From the NCBI GenBank assembly GCA_012295275.1, contig CM022677.1, positions 25,296,001-25,360,000 on the forward strand: 64,000 nucleotides of DNA, written 5' to 3'. The position numbers and the translations under genes are program-made. Shown piece by piece: positions 1-37,021 of the stretch. The stretch is from Chrysomallon squamiferum (taxonomy: Eukaryota; Animalia; Mollusca). Below the pieces are notes generated by a model, which did no database searches, was not told where the DNA came from, and worked only from the letters and a program-made list of their open reading frames with translations. Each line of letters starts with the position of its first letter. The stretch's first letter is position 1.

Positions 1-11441
<11,441 letters not shown>

Positions 11442-12808
11442 AGCGCTGAAAAAAAAAAAAAAAAAATGATGTGAGACCAGTGGAAATTAATAAAAATTAA
11501 GAAATTGAAAAAATGTCGTGACATCGGCTGAAATAAAATTAAAAAAAAAAAAAAAAAATAATAATAATAATAATAATAATAATTAATTTCTTGTGGCATC
11601 TATGTGAAATTATGTCGTAGGAAATGAGGTTGTTTTTTGTGTTTCTTATGAAATGAAATGAATAAATTAACGAATTGTTAGAGGCATGGAGAGAAATTTA
11701 CAGTTAAGAAAATATCTTTTTCGACCAGCTGAGCAAAAACATCGTATGTAAAAAATTGTGATGTGATTTGTACTCGGCTAAATAATATAGGTAGCCTGGT
11801 TTGAACTCAGAATCTAACAGAGTTTATGACGAAATATACGCGAAGAAGAAGAAAAAACAAGTAGAAAGCTGAAAGAAGGATTTGAACTCACAACCGAGCG
11901 GTTTTACATTGAAGTGATGTTTGTTTTATACTGAAATAAAATAATAGCACATTCAATTTGTTTTCTTTTCGTATTTTTCCGTTTTTTTTTTTTTTTTATT
12001 GAACATAATATTACACTAATTAATATTGTGATATGAGACATAATTAACTAATAATACAATAAATTAAATTGTTCTTTGAAGTCTATTTAAATTAAAATAT
12101 AGTAAAGAAAATGGACTTTGCGGTCTACTGAAAATAACATAGCGATTAAAACTGTGACGTGAGATCTATTTAACTATTATTATTATTATTTTTTTTTTTG
12201 TTTCATAAATTAATATGGTTTGTGTGATCGATTTAAGTTAAGTTATATGAAATAAATAATATTTTGTAAGAAAAATTGAACTAATATTACACACACACAC
12301 ACACACACACACAAACATACACACATATATATACGTTCAAAAAAATACATTATTGTTAAATAACATGAGATCTATTAATTAAAATTAAAATTAAAAAAAA
12401 ATAATTATAAAATGAGACTTCCTGAAATAATGACGATATTGTAGAATAGAGGATAAATAAGTTAAAATTCCAATGCGTTGATGCATCAGTGAATTATGAA
12501 ATATTATCGATTTCTAATAACAATAATAATAATGACATTGATGATGATGATGATGATAATAATAAGAAGAAGAAGAAAAAAAGAAGAATAATAGTAGTAG
12601 TAGTAGTAATAATAATAATAGTAATAATATTAGTAATAACAGTAATAATATTAATAGTTATAATAATTATAGTAATAATAATAATAATAATAATAGTAAT
12701 AATAATAATAATCATAATAATAGTAATAATAATAATAATAATAATAGTAATAATAATAGTAATAGTAATATAATAATAATATTAATAGTAATAGTAATAA
12801 TAATAATA

Positions 12809-12839
<31 letters not shown>

Positions 12840-13134
12840 TCATAATAATAGTAATAATAATAATAGTAATAATAATAGTAATAATAATATAATAATAATA
12901 ATAGTAATATTAATAGTAATAGTAATAATAATAGTAATAATAATAATAATAATAATCATAATAATAGTAATAATAATAGTAATAATAATATAATAATAAT
13001 AATAGTAATATTAATAGTAATAGTAATAATAATAGTAATAATAATAATAATAATAATAATATTAACAATAATAATAATAAAAGTAATAATAACAGATTTA
13101 AATAAAATATATAGTAAATTAATGTCCATCTTAC

Positions 13135-13231
13135 CAGCCTCTTTGTGTTGGTCATGTGAGGTTTGATCAAAGTTTACTGATAAAGTCAACTGGGCCAGGC
13201 GTGTATCACTGCACTAACAGATGACAAAACT
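13135..13231 (-). other. Putative 5'UTR exon 1 of gene A
   Basis: Unique-sequence island ending in CTG|GTAAGA, with an Inr-like TCAGTT near 13233-13228. The TSS is inferred. Confidence 0.5.
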
Positions 13232-13539
13232 GATCTGAGACGAATCTTTTATGTTATCTTAGCTCTTAATAGAAATAATACATATATCCATCAGATTTTT
13301 GTATGTAAGCGCACGTGCGTACTCTCACACACACGCACGCACACATACACATACACACATACGTACGTACGTACATACATACATACATACATATAAATAT
13401 ATGTGTATACATATATATAAACGAATTCTTACATATACAAAGATAGATAACGAACAAACGAAAGACAAATTCTTACAGACAAAGAGACAGAGACACATAG
13501 AGAGAGAAAACAAGAAAGAGAGAGAGAGAGGAGACAGAT

Positions 13540-13592
<53 letters not shown>

Positions 13593-14800
13593 AGACAGTA
13601 TTAATGATTAACATTTTGCCTGATAAAAGTAGAGTAATACAGATATTAAGACAATAGATAAATAACAATTGAAGAGATAGATAACATTGTTTCAGAAATT
13701 ATCATTTTTCAGCATGTTTTCATGTATGCGTGTATATATACACATCTATACACATATATATAATTATATCTGTGTGATACATATATAAACACACAGTTAT
13801 GTGTATTTCGTCTGAACACCTAACAAACATAATGAACTGTTTTGAAAACTGTGAAAAACGTAACAGTACAGACACCCAGTAGCCAGGTGGTTAGAAGGGT
13901 AGAACAGGTAGAAATAGCGACATTGACGTTCTGTACACGATACACGTTATTTTTGTACAGATAAACGACTATCAGGGTTAGAGCCGATACAATTACACTG
14001 ACACTGACTTTGAGATATCAACTGTAAAACTAGATATCTCGATTTGAGACCTGTTTTGGATCTTACAGCCCGAGAATATTAAAATTAACATGATATATTT
14101 ATGTATTCATTTATTTATATGTATATAGATATATAGGTAAATAGACAGCTAGATAGATCGATCATAAACAAGAAAGTAATATGATTAAAGAAGACAAATC
14201 CTATCTGATTTAAACTATTTTACAACACAAATCCTATAGATAGATTTGAACCCACAGCCTTAGTGTTTTAAAACTGAAATAAGTTGTAAGCTCACTGATA
14301 AGGGATATCCAGATTTGAACGCAGAACCTCGCAGGTGTTAATAATGAGGTGGTGAAAATGAAAATGAAAATGATAGCAGAGAGGAGGATTTGAACTCATC
14401 TCCTAGCCTCCTAGCGTTTGTTAAATTAACGAGATATAAAATAATATCTGTCTCACGTACGAGATAGCCAGATTTGAACCCAGGTCCAGGGTGTTTTAAT
14501 AATATACATTAATACTTAAAAAACTATCTATATCTATCTAGAAGGCAGCGTGACTTGAATTGTCAGGAAAAAAAAAGAGAGATTTCCTGACAAATAAATA
14601 ATCACAATACAAATATCAGATATGATCCGAGGAACTAGCACAGAAGAATAATGATCTAAAAATAAAATAAAATAAAAAAACATATATCTATCAGGTAGTG
14701 GGATTTGAACTCGCAAGCTAGCTGTGTTTAGCTAACACGACGTAAATTATCTGTGCTCTGATAAGACATGTGAACATTAAACTTTGTCACATGCGACAAG
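13232..14800. promoter_or_regulatory. Shared divergent (bidirectional) promoter region of genes A and B
   Basis: About 1.6 kb between head-to-head first exons; contains the B-box-like array and CATGTG E-boxes at 14767 and 14786. Confidence 0.55.
14235..14730 (-). repeat. Degenerate ~70-85 bp tandem array, each unit carrying a tRNA B-box-like motif
   Basis: GATTTGAAC(C/T/G)C at about 14243, 14312, 14387, 14471 and 14702, with weaker copies near 14552 and 14620; reverse complement of GGTTCRAATCC. Confidence 0.6.
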
Positions 14801-25629
<10,829 letters not shown>

Positions 25630-25864
25630 TTAATTAATAAAATTAATTATTTAATTATGCATAAATTAATTTTAATACTCTCTCTCACACACACACAGAG
25701 ATAGACGCAAACACACACACACATGAACACACAAACGTATATATATTTAAAACTTTATAAAAATTGAACAGTTTTTCTATTCAACATTGGAATAACATTA
25801 GTTCTTGTAATATAACCATTTAATAACATACTGGCTATTTGTGTACTTACATTATATTTACAGG

Positions 25865-25870
25865 AATAAA
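25865..25870 (+). terminator. Candidate polyadenylation signal of gene B
   Basis: AATAAA followed by a T-rich tract; an alternative AATAAA lies at 25636-25641. Confidence 0.4.
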
Positions 25871-26078
25871 AAAGTTGAAAATACAAAATTTTTTTCGTGA
25901 TTTTTTCGTTTACTTTGCATTCTTCGTTTTGCTAACAAATTTATTTATGTATTTTCTTACTTATTTAATCATTGTTATATTATTATTACTGTTATTATTA
26001 TTATAATTACTATCATCGCCATTAATACTACTAACAGTAATAGTATGTTACTTCTAGTATTACCATTGCTACTGTTAA

Positions 26079-26117
<39 letters not shown>

Positions 26118-26319
26118 CCACTACTACTTCTACTACAATTACTTTTAGTACCATTTCATAACCATCTTATTTCTCTGATTATTAACTTTTCACTGAAATC
26201 TTACTCTGAAAAGATAACCCTTTAAGGATTGTTTTTATTTTATTTCTTTATTTCTTTATTTGTTTATTTATTATTTTGCTTATGTTTTTATTAGTATTAT
26301 TATGATTTTATTGTTTTAT

Positions 26320-26525
26320 CTGTGTGTGTGTGTGTTTTTGTGTGTGTGTTTGTGTGTGTGTGTTTTTGTGAGTGTGAATGTATTTGTGTGTGTACGTTTG
26401 TGTTTGTGTGTATGTGTGTGTTTGTGTGTGCATGTGTGTGTGTGTTTTTGTGTGTGTGAGTTTGAGTGTGTTTCTGTGTGTATGTATGTGTGTGTGTAAG
26501 TGTTTGTGTGTGTGAGTGTGTGTGT

Positions 26526-26564
<39 letters not shown>

Positions 26565-26693
26565 TGTGTGTGTATGTGTTTGTGTATGTGTGAGAGTGTG
26601 TTTGTGTGTGTGTTTGTGTTAGTGTGTGTGTAAGTGTGTGTGTGTGAGTGTGTGTGTGAATGTGTGTGTGTGTGTGTGTGTGTGTTTGTGTAT

Positions 26694-26728
<35 letters not shown>

Positions 26729-26755
26729 TGTGTAAGTGTGTGTGTGTGTGTTTTT

Positions 26756-26787
<32 letters not shown>
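26320..26787. repeat. Imperfect (GT)n microsatellite
   Basis: Direct inspection. Confidence 0.95.
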
Positions 26788-28100
26788 AATTTTGACAACG
26801 TTTTTGACACGAATATATATCATCAGGTAGTAACTATGGTAACAAAAATCCTATATGAACTGAGTAGCTATTTCTTTTCATCGGTGAACTGGAAAACTAA
26901 CTCCATTTCTTTTCTTTTCGTTTCTGCATCATCATCATTATCATCATCATCACCTTCTGATTATTGTATTACTACTAATAATAATACTAGTACTAGTGTT
27001 ACTACTACCACCACTACCATTACTACTACTACTAGTAGTTCTAGTATTATTACTATTACTACTAGTATTACTATTATTACCATTACTATTACTACTGCTA
27101 TTACTATTACTACTGCTACTACTACTTCTTTTACTACTACTTCTATTATTATTACTATTACTAGTAGTATTACAATTATTACCATTACTACTACAACTAC
27201 TACTTCTGTTACTACTACTACTTCTATTACTACTACTACTACTCCTACTATTAATATTATAGTCTTGTACTTCATCATCTTGTTCGACTTTTTCCTGCAT
27301 TTATTTCTTTTTCTTTTTCTTTTTTGTTATATTTTTATTTAATTTTTTGTTTTTGTTCTTTTTTTTTTTTTTTTTTTTTTAAAAGAAAACTGATTTAAAT
27401 TTCCCAATACGTCCATCCATCACTTGACAACAGAACACAGAGACACGTGCTTGCTTCAGTCTCAGTTAAATGTCTGATTTCAAGGGTTATAGCATTTCAA
27501 CATATTGGAACGACAGTTGAGTAGTCTACTGCATATATTACACACGCACACACACATACGGACAGACACACAAACACTTTTTCTTTCCTCTAAGACGATG
27601 CTAGACGAAAATGCGTCCACGTTCTTTTTGTTCTATTTTCATCCACTTTTCTTGTCGTAATGGAATAAAAGGGTTGACATTTTTTCTCTCGACGTTTCAT
27701 CAGACTTGTAGCACAGTGTCTCAGATTAATCAGACGTCACTGAACTAAATTTAGAAAAGAAACAGCAGCAGCAGCAGCAACAACAGTACAACAACAACAA
27801 TAATAATAATAATAATAACGATAATGATGATGATGATAATAATAATAATAGTAATAGTAGTAGTAGTAGTGGTAGTGGTAGTAGTAGTGGTAGTAGTGGT
27901 AGTAGAGGTAGTAGTAGTAATAATAGTTGTAGAAGTAACAACAACAGCAACAGTAACAATAATAAACAGAATAATAATAGTAGTAGTAGTAGTAGTAGCA
28001 GCATCAGCAGCAGTGGTAGAGGTAACAAGAACAACTAAACAACAACAGCAACAACAACAATAACATCAAGAAGAAGAAGAAGATGAAGAACAACAACAAC

Positions 28101-28135
<35 letters not shown>

Positions 28136-28269
28136 CAACAACAACAACAATATTGATGATGACGGTAATGAATATGATGATTCTGGCGGTGGTGGTGGTG
28201 TTTATGGTGAAAAAAAAAAATAATAAAAAAATAAAAAACAATAATTAAAAGGGGAAAAAAAACGTACTT

Positions 28270-28700
28270 CACAGTCCTACCGAAACGAAACGTAAAGCAA
28301 AAAACAAACAAGGGAAAGTTTATCTCATCGACACTTTTCGTGCGAATTCCGACAACTGACGAAAGAATTTCGTTTTTTTTTTTTTTTGTAACGAAATTAG
28401 CCGATCTGTATGCAAGCGACGCAGCCACTCGGATCGCTAACAACCGCTTCGTTCGGGAGGTTTCGTGTTTTAACGGCAGTGTCTCGAGCAGAGGAGCTGT
28501 CTAAACGAGATGAAATTGCTTGTTGCATTAAGAGCAACAGCGAAGGGAAGAAATGATCGATCGAAGTCGAGGCGCGCGGTCTCGCCAGATCTCGCGAAAT
28601 CTCTCACTCTCAAATGGATTTCTCTCGTAAACTTGTGCGGATGTAAAAACTGCGGAGTCGCGATCTTCTTTCATAGCGTTTTGTAATTAAAGAGGTAAGA
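28270..28700. promoter_or_regulatory. CpG-rich island, possible promoter or non-coding first exon
   Basis: Locally CpG-dense unique sequence with TCTCGCGAAA (BANP/Kaiso-like) near 28590 and a plus-strand donor GAG|GTAAGA at 28694/28695. Confidence 0.35.
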
Positions 28701-28735
28701 GCAATTTCATTCTTTATTTATTTATTTATTATTAC

Positions 28736-28812
<77 letters not shown>

Positions 28813-28904
28813 TTATTCATTTTTTAGTTCATTTTTGTTTAGTTTACTATTTTTGTTCTTTATTTTTTCCTTACAATTTCTTTATTTATTTACTTACTTT
28901 TATG

Positions 28905-28956
<52 letters not shown>

Positions 28957-29380
28957 TTATTTTTTTAATTGATTCACTTACTTTAGATTCCATTATTTTT
29001 CAGTTTTACTATAACTTACTTACTTTCCAGGAAGGCGGGTGGGTGGGGTAATCGGGGGGGGGCGGGCGGGCTGAAATCAGCCTTCCCACATTTGTGGAAT
29101 AGAGAGTGTAAAAGATGGTGATAACAATACGAAATATTTACTTGTATTTGTATCTACGTGAAATATCGAGCAAATCAATCTTTTTAACATTCTTAACAAA
29201 AGTGTCTCCATATATGACTGCAATGTTTTCTAACTTACTGTTTTATTTCCTGCATACTGACAATAGCAATCTTATTTTCTACGTAGTAAGTTGCTGTATT
29301 AGTTTTACGAGATAACTTATTAACTTTAATACTTTCTACGAGGTGGCTTAGTCAGATACATTCATTTAAATAAATCTGTC

Positions 29381-29499
<119 letters not shown>

Positions 29500-30444
29500 T
29501 CACACACACACACACACTCTCTCTCTCTGTCTTTCTGTCTCTCTGTCTCTCTTTTTCTCTCTGTTTCTCTCTATCTATCTATCTACTTATGCATCTATCT
29601 AAGGGGAAAAAATGTATATGCAAATCATTATCTACCTGTTAGGTAATTTATTTTTCTGTTGTTTTGTTTTCTCTCTCTATCTAATCTATCTATTTGATCT
29701 CTTTGTCTATCTGTCTATCATTCTATCTATCTATATGTCTGTATCTATGTACGTTGCTTTGTCTATCTGTCCATCTGTTTGTTTGTCTGTCTATATATCT
29801 ATCCATCTGTCTGTCTGTGTCTCTCATTTGATCTATCCACCTGTCTGTCTAACTATCTATATATATCCGTCTAACAATCTGTCTGTCTGTCTGTCTGTAT
29901 GTCTGTCTGTCTAGCTGTATTTCTCCGACTACTGACCGCAATGTCAACACAATCAACTTGACACTTTAACAAAACAACGCGAGAACACTTTCAGAGAGAC
30001 GAAACGAAAAAAGCCATTTACATATGTCTGTGTCACTTCGTTATCCAGACTAATGTAAACTGCATGACGAAGGTACAGTTACAGTATTAATCACATTAAA
30101 TGTCTGGGGAGCGACAAATGTGAAGAAGTGCAAGACAGTTGTGGTTTCTTTTTTTTTTTTTTTTTGTTTTTTTTGAAGTTGTAGAGAAACAGTTTATCAT
30201 TTGCAGCCTTGAGAATTGTCGGTGTCTGTATGTCCGTATGGGCGTTTGTTTCATTCTCTGTATATTGTTATACGTGTTTGTTTGTGTGCCTTTTCTTTGT
30301 ATAATTATACATTTTAGTTAATATTTATTTTACCTTAGTATGTATATGAGTGAATGTGTGTATGTGTGCGTGTGTGTGTGTGTGTGTGTGTTTATATATA
30401 TATATATATGTATATTACAATACACATAAGATATATAGATATAG

Positions 30445-30547
<103 letters not shown>

Positions 30548-30558
30548 TATAGATAGGC

Positions 30559-30663
<105 letters not shown>

Positions 30664-31344
30664 ACATACTGAACTATATTTATAAAAGAAACATAAATAT
30701 ATATATATATATATATACGTACATCCATCCATCCATTGATTTTTAACTTTTAAACCTTCCTCCACCGTCACTGCATTTTAATTCAATATTTTTCTCTTTT
30801 TTTTGTTTCTTTCCTCTGTTTTCTCTCTCCAGTCTGAATATGCACAAACTGCTGGGTCCTTCACCAGTGTGTTTGAAAGCAGAACTTGTAGTGTTAACTG
30901 ATCTGGCTCTTCCCTCATACCTTTTACTTTGTCCTTATTTTTCTGACATGATTTGCTGATTGGTAATGTGTAAAGATATACAAGAAGTAGCAAGTTGTTC
31001 ACAATATACAGAGCAAGCATCAGTCAGTAAGGTTTAATACTTAGAAACAAAAGGTCGTTCGAGTTATCTATGTATATATACACACACACATATACGTATA
31101 GACACATACACACAAAAATATACACACAGACGCACAATAGACACGCAAACACACACACGTATACACACACAAACACACACACGTAGACACACACAAACAC
31201 ACACACACAGACTCACACAGACACGTATACATATAACTAACATTTACTTTAAAATGTTGAAAACGAGAATTTTGTTTTTGCCATTCATCTCAGTTTTAAA
31301 TAAAATTAACACTGGAAATTTATACATAATTTTAACAATTTGTC

Positions 31345-31925
31345 AAATAATGTGTCCGTATTTCGCCACTTATGTCAGTGAATAACTATTACATTTAATA
31401 TGCATGTTTTAAGACATTTACGTTAGTTTTACATACACTTTTTACGTTACAAACTATCCCGTTTTATATTATATTTAAGTTAAATTATTGGTAAAATAAC
31501 GTGTCCATATTTCGCCACTTACGTCAGTGAATATAACTATTAAATTTAATACGCATAGTTCAGTATACAAAATAATTGATATTCACATTAGTTTTACATA
31601 AACTAGAACGTTAGTTTTACATAAACTAGAACGTTAGTTTTACATACACTAGAACGTTAGTTATGCATAAATTAGACCATCACAACTAACTGTTGTAACT
31701 AACCCTTAAATTTAACAATTCGTAAAAAAAAAATAAAAAAAATGCTCTTATTTCGACACATTTTTCATGAGCCTCGGTGTTAAATGCAGTCCCCTGTGAT
31801 ATCTAACATTTTTACCACATAACGTGAGAAAGAAGATTTCTCTTCTGAGATTTACGTCTGTTTTACACAAACGCTACGTTACCGCTACGTTGCCGCTACG
31901 TTACTGCTACGTTACTGCTACGTTT
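31345..31925. repeat. Local duplication plus short tandem repeats
   Basis: GTGTCCRTATTTCGCCACTTAYGTCAGTGAAT at about 31352 and 31501; 23-bp unit ACTAGAACGTTAGTTTTACATAA about x3; 11-bp unit GCTACGTTACC about x5 at 31872-31925. Confidence 0.8.
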
Positions 31926-33782
31926 CGCACGTATTTCTCTGTGGACGTCACGTCGTGGATAACTACAGACTGAGCAAATCACTCACACACGTCTGTTCAA
32001 GACGAAAATGTGTTTATTTATTTCTGAACGTTAATTTACCGATAACTGGCTTCACGTGGCTTTGCAACACATACAGACGGACACTCAGACACCCATGTTC
32101 AAGATATTTAATTGCATATGTGCGTGTGTGCGTATTTGTGTGTGGGTCTCTGTGTGTGGGGGGTTATCTGTCGTATTTCTGTGTCTCTTTTGGTTATATT
32201 GGTAATAGTGATATTTATGATGGTGATGATGATAAACATTTTTTTTTATTTATTGATTGATTTATTGATTGAATTGATTTATTTTTTATTTATTTATTGA
32301 TTTTATTATTATTATTTTATTTTATTATTATTATTATTTTATTTTATGTTTTTCTCTTTTGGTTTTAATCTAATTAATAGCGGCTAACAATGAACATGAA
32401 AATACTTACTTAACAAACAGCTGTGAAATACTACTACTGTTACTACTACTACTACTAATAATAATAATAACAACAACAACAACAACAATAACAACAATAG
32501 GAAGAAGAAGAAGAAAAAGGAGAACAATAACCAAAAGAAATAAATAAAAACAAAATTATAATAATAAAATTGAAAAAGAACCAAATTAGAAAGACATAAG
32601 TTAAACTGAATTAAATTGAATTGAATTGAGCTGTAATAGCAGCTTTAAGAATATCATCACCATCATCATCACCATCATCACCACCATCATTATCATCATA
32701 AAACATGATCAAAGCATTATAATGACCGTAATAGAACTTAACAACTATGACAAACAGAGGATTATCGAAACCAGTGACATAATAGCATTGACTTACACGA
32801 AAATAATTAACTACGTCATCATCATCTCAAAGTATTCCACAGCAAGAACAGCGGCAACGGCAACAAAAACAGCAAACAAACACGAACACCAAACTTAGAA
32901 TATTAGTAACAGTATGATATAACAGAACACTAAGAGAGTTGCGAGAAAAAAACAACAACAAAAAAGTTCTTTTTAATCTTCATAACAAAACAAAATGTAA
33001 ATTCTAAAGCCACCAAGGTCAACTGCAACAACAACTGCAACTTCAACAGCAGCAACAACAAAGAACTACAAATATATCAGCAACACTAAACCAATACTCG
33101 ATAAACCAACAAGGACAGACACAACAAAGCCGACAAACATTATTCTGTTTACGATGATTAATTATTAACCAACGACATCCACTAACTACATCAACAACAA
33201 CGACGACAACGACATGAAAAGGTAAGCAATTAACTGCCAGCAGCAGCGACAACAACATGAAAGCACACGACGACGTCGTATGAAAGGACGAGAAAGCTTT
33301 GTTCATTTACGATCATTAGTTGCTTGTAATCGATACGAACGAAGAAAACAGACGACATTAAAAACCGTGATTAACAAACCGTGCAGTCGTAGGTCTTAGT
33401 CGAAACTAATCTACACGACAATTCACCCGACAGACATCTCACATTTCACCAGATGAACACAGCAAACATATTGACTCATTGATTCATAATAAACACGTAC
33501 ACAACGTACTGGAGATCCTTATCCTGTACGATAAACACCTCTAATATTAAAGATACCACATTCAGCCAATACCAGTACTAAACAGATTGTACCGTGACAA
33601 AATAAACAGCATTTGCATATTATTATTATTAGACAGACTTAACCAATACAGAGATAACTACTGGACAGAAACCGTACAGGCACAACAAACACCAATAAGG
33701 TGTTAAAGAGATACCACACTTTGTGACAAACACAATTAACACAGTGGAAAGATGCTACACCGAAACAATAGATGCGTAGTAT

Positions 33783-34165
33783 AACGTACTAGAGAGATAC
33801 TACTGCGATACGACAAACACCAGTAACGTACAATAAAGATACTACTGCGATACGACAAACACCTGTAACGTACTACAGATGCTATTGCGATACGACAAAC
33901 ACCTGAACGTACAATAAAGATACTACTGCGATACGACAAACACCTGTAACGTACAATAAAGATACTACTGCGATACGACAAACACCTGAACGTACAATAA
34001 AGATACTACTGCGATACGACAAACACCTGAACGTACAATAGAGATACTATACTGATACGACAAACACCTGTAACGTACTAGAGAGATACTACTGCGATAC
34101 GACAAACACCTGTAACGTACTAAAAAGATACTACACTGATACAATAAACACCAGTAACGTATTAG
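33783..34165. repeat. ~39-42 bp tandem minisatellite
   Basis: Unit GATACTACTGCGATACGACAAACACCTG(T)AACGTACAATAAA, about 9 copies, no unique spacers. Confidence 0.92.
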
Positions 34166-35275
34166 AAACACAAAACTGATGGCATCTGTCAGCTACGATG
34201 TACACTGACACATTAAAATAGGAAACAAGCAGTGCAATAAGGTCACATCAGTCAGTATCACCATCAGTATCATCATCATAATTAAAAACTGACTCTGTAA
34301 ATATTGAACATACGCATTCTACAAAAGAAAGGCTAATCTGAGACAATCCACAGATTATCTCTCTTGAAAGACGAAGTAGAATTTAAAAAAAAAAAAAACA
34401 CACATCAAAGTAATCAGACGTGAGCTATCAAGGTTTCTGTATCTGTGTCTATCGCGTCCCTTTTGTTGTCGTAGGAAGCCATTTGTGAAATTAAAAAAAA
34501 GTGAAAAACGCGACTCTGAACAAGGGCGAGACTTCTCACCATTTTAGCTGATTACAAATATTGTCTGTTCTCTGCCATCATCAATTTTTCCTCTTTTTTT
34601 TTTATTTATATATATCCTTTTCAGACGCTTCACCTTCTTTACGATATTTAAAATTTGTCTTTCTTTTTCTTTTTCTGTGTCATGTTTCTTTTTTTGTATT
34701 TTTCTTCTTGTTTTTAATTTACTTTTGTCTTCTTCATCATTCTCTGCTTTTTTTTGTTTTACTTTTTTAGTCTTTTCTCATTTTTCATCTTTTTCTATTC
34801 TCATTCTTTCTTTTTTCTTCTTCTTCTTTATCTTTCTTTTTAGTCTTTCTCCATCTTCGTCCTTCTTCTTCTTCTTCTTCTTCTTCTTCTTCTTCTTCTT
34901 CTTCTTCTTTTAATTCCTCTTTTTCCTTCTTTTTTAGTCTATTTACATCGTCGTTTTTTGTTTCTTTCTTTCGCTATTTCGTTTTCTTTTCTTTTCCTTT
35001 TGCGTCTTCTTATTATCTTTACTCAAATCTGTTAGTTTACATTGTCAGTTAACGATACTTGGCGGTTGCTGTGTTGTTTATCTACATCTAATAAAATGCT
35101 GTTAGTGGAGAGATTGCAATTTAGATGAATCTCCTTTGCCGCAGATTTGTCTTGGCTTCTTATTAATATATCACATGTTTCGTGAAGGAAAATTGCTTTA
35201 CTTGTTTGTCATTGTTTTTGTGGGTTTTTTTGTTTTCATTTTGTTTTTTCTTAATTTCTTTATTTCTCTATCTGT

Positions 35276-35334
<59 letters not shown>

Positions 35335-35348
35335 ATATCTATATATAT

Positions 35349-35407
<59 letters not shown>

Positions 35408-35424
35408 GTCTGTCTGTCTGTCTG

Positions 35425-35511
<87 letters not shown>

Positions 35512-36808
35512 TCTGTCTGTTTACCTATCTATGGGTCTGTTTATTTGTCTGTCTATCTGTCTATCTATCTGTCTCTATCTTTGATTGTCTGTGTGTTTAC
35601 CGCTCTATTTATTTATTTATCTATTTACTTACTTGTTTCTTTGTTTATGTCAACGTCTATTTCAATAACTGTTGCTTTTTTCCCCTTATAAACCTTACAA
35701 CGGATATTTGTGTTTTAAAAACATTTTATTTATTTATTCTTGATGGAAGCTTTTTACTGCTACGAAGTATACAGAAGCTGTTAGTGTAAAACTGTGAACG
35801 ACACAGAAACTGCTCCTTGAAAACTTAAAAAATAAAATTAACAGTTAAACGACGTCAACGTATTTGAACCTGAACTAAAAAGATTTTCAACGTAATCTGA
35901 ACTCCTCACATTTTACGTTCATTAAATTACGAATTTAGGAACGTTACGCGATCCAAGATAATTTAATGAAAAGAAAAAAAAGAAGAAGAAGAAGTGAAGA
36001 AAAAAGAAAACTGGAAGGTAGAAAAAAAAAAAAAGCAAGAATGAAAGAAAAAGTAAATGAAGGAAATAAGGGGGAAAAAAAAGGTTAACAGAAAAAGAAA
36101 TACGAAACATGGAGGAGGTTCAAAGATAATGAAAAGAAAATGAAGAAAAACACAAGGAGAAGAAAATGTCTTTACGCCAGAATGAAGAAAAAAAGATGAG
36201 CACGAATTTTTGACAGTCGTGAAAGAAGAATACGAAAAAGAAGAAAAAAAAAAAAAAAAAAAAAATAAAAAACGAAGAAAAATAATATTAAAGAAAAGTG
36301 ATAGAAGAAGAAGAAGAAGAAGAAGAAGAAGAAGAAGAAGATGATGATGATGACTAAGATAAGAAGAAATAAAATCAAATGGTGCAGCAGTTGTTGATGT
36401 TATTGCAGCGATAGACAACGAAGAAAACAGAAGAGATACGACTGACGTAAACTGCAAGGTTATCAGTTAATTACTGATAGTCTGATCTCGCGCTCAAACT
36501 GAGATGAAGTTTTAAACAAATTGGTCACATTATGGAAAAAGCTTCGCTATTTCTGGGCCGGCTAATGAAAAGATAGACAATTACAGATGAATCCAGGCTT
36601 TGTTAAAGGGGAGAACGATCCGTGAGTAACGTACAGCGTGACCTGGCAACTTTCAAATTACAACCGTACGTGTATATCTGTCTTCGTGAATCGTATCTGC
36701 GTTAATTTGTATCCAGGAAAAACTGAAATGAATATCGATGTAGTGTCTGATATTTGTGAGATGATCTCTCTCTCTGGCGCTCTGTCTCTCTGTCTCTCTC
36801 TCTCTCTC

Positions 36809-37021
<213 letters not shown>

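Noticed and set aside
13874-14730. tRNA gene(s)
   Set aside because: The A-box-like and B-box-like motifs are on opposite strands and far apart; no cloverleaf can be folded.
30833-31026. Coding exon (good acceptor TCTCTCCAG and donor GTAAGG on the plus strand)
   Set aside because: The plus-strand frames examined contain stops, and the minus-strand 80-aa ORF has no recognisable motif. At most a UTR exon or repeat fragment.
33783-34165. CRISPR-like array
   Set aside because: Eukaryotic context; the units are contiguous with no unique spacers, and no cas genes are present. The same applies to 59530-59810.
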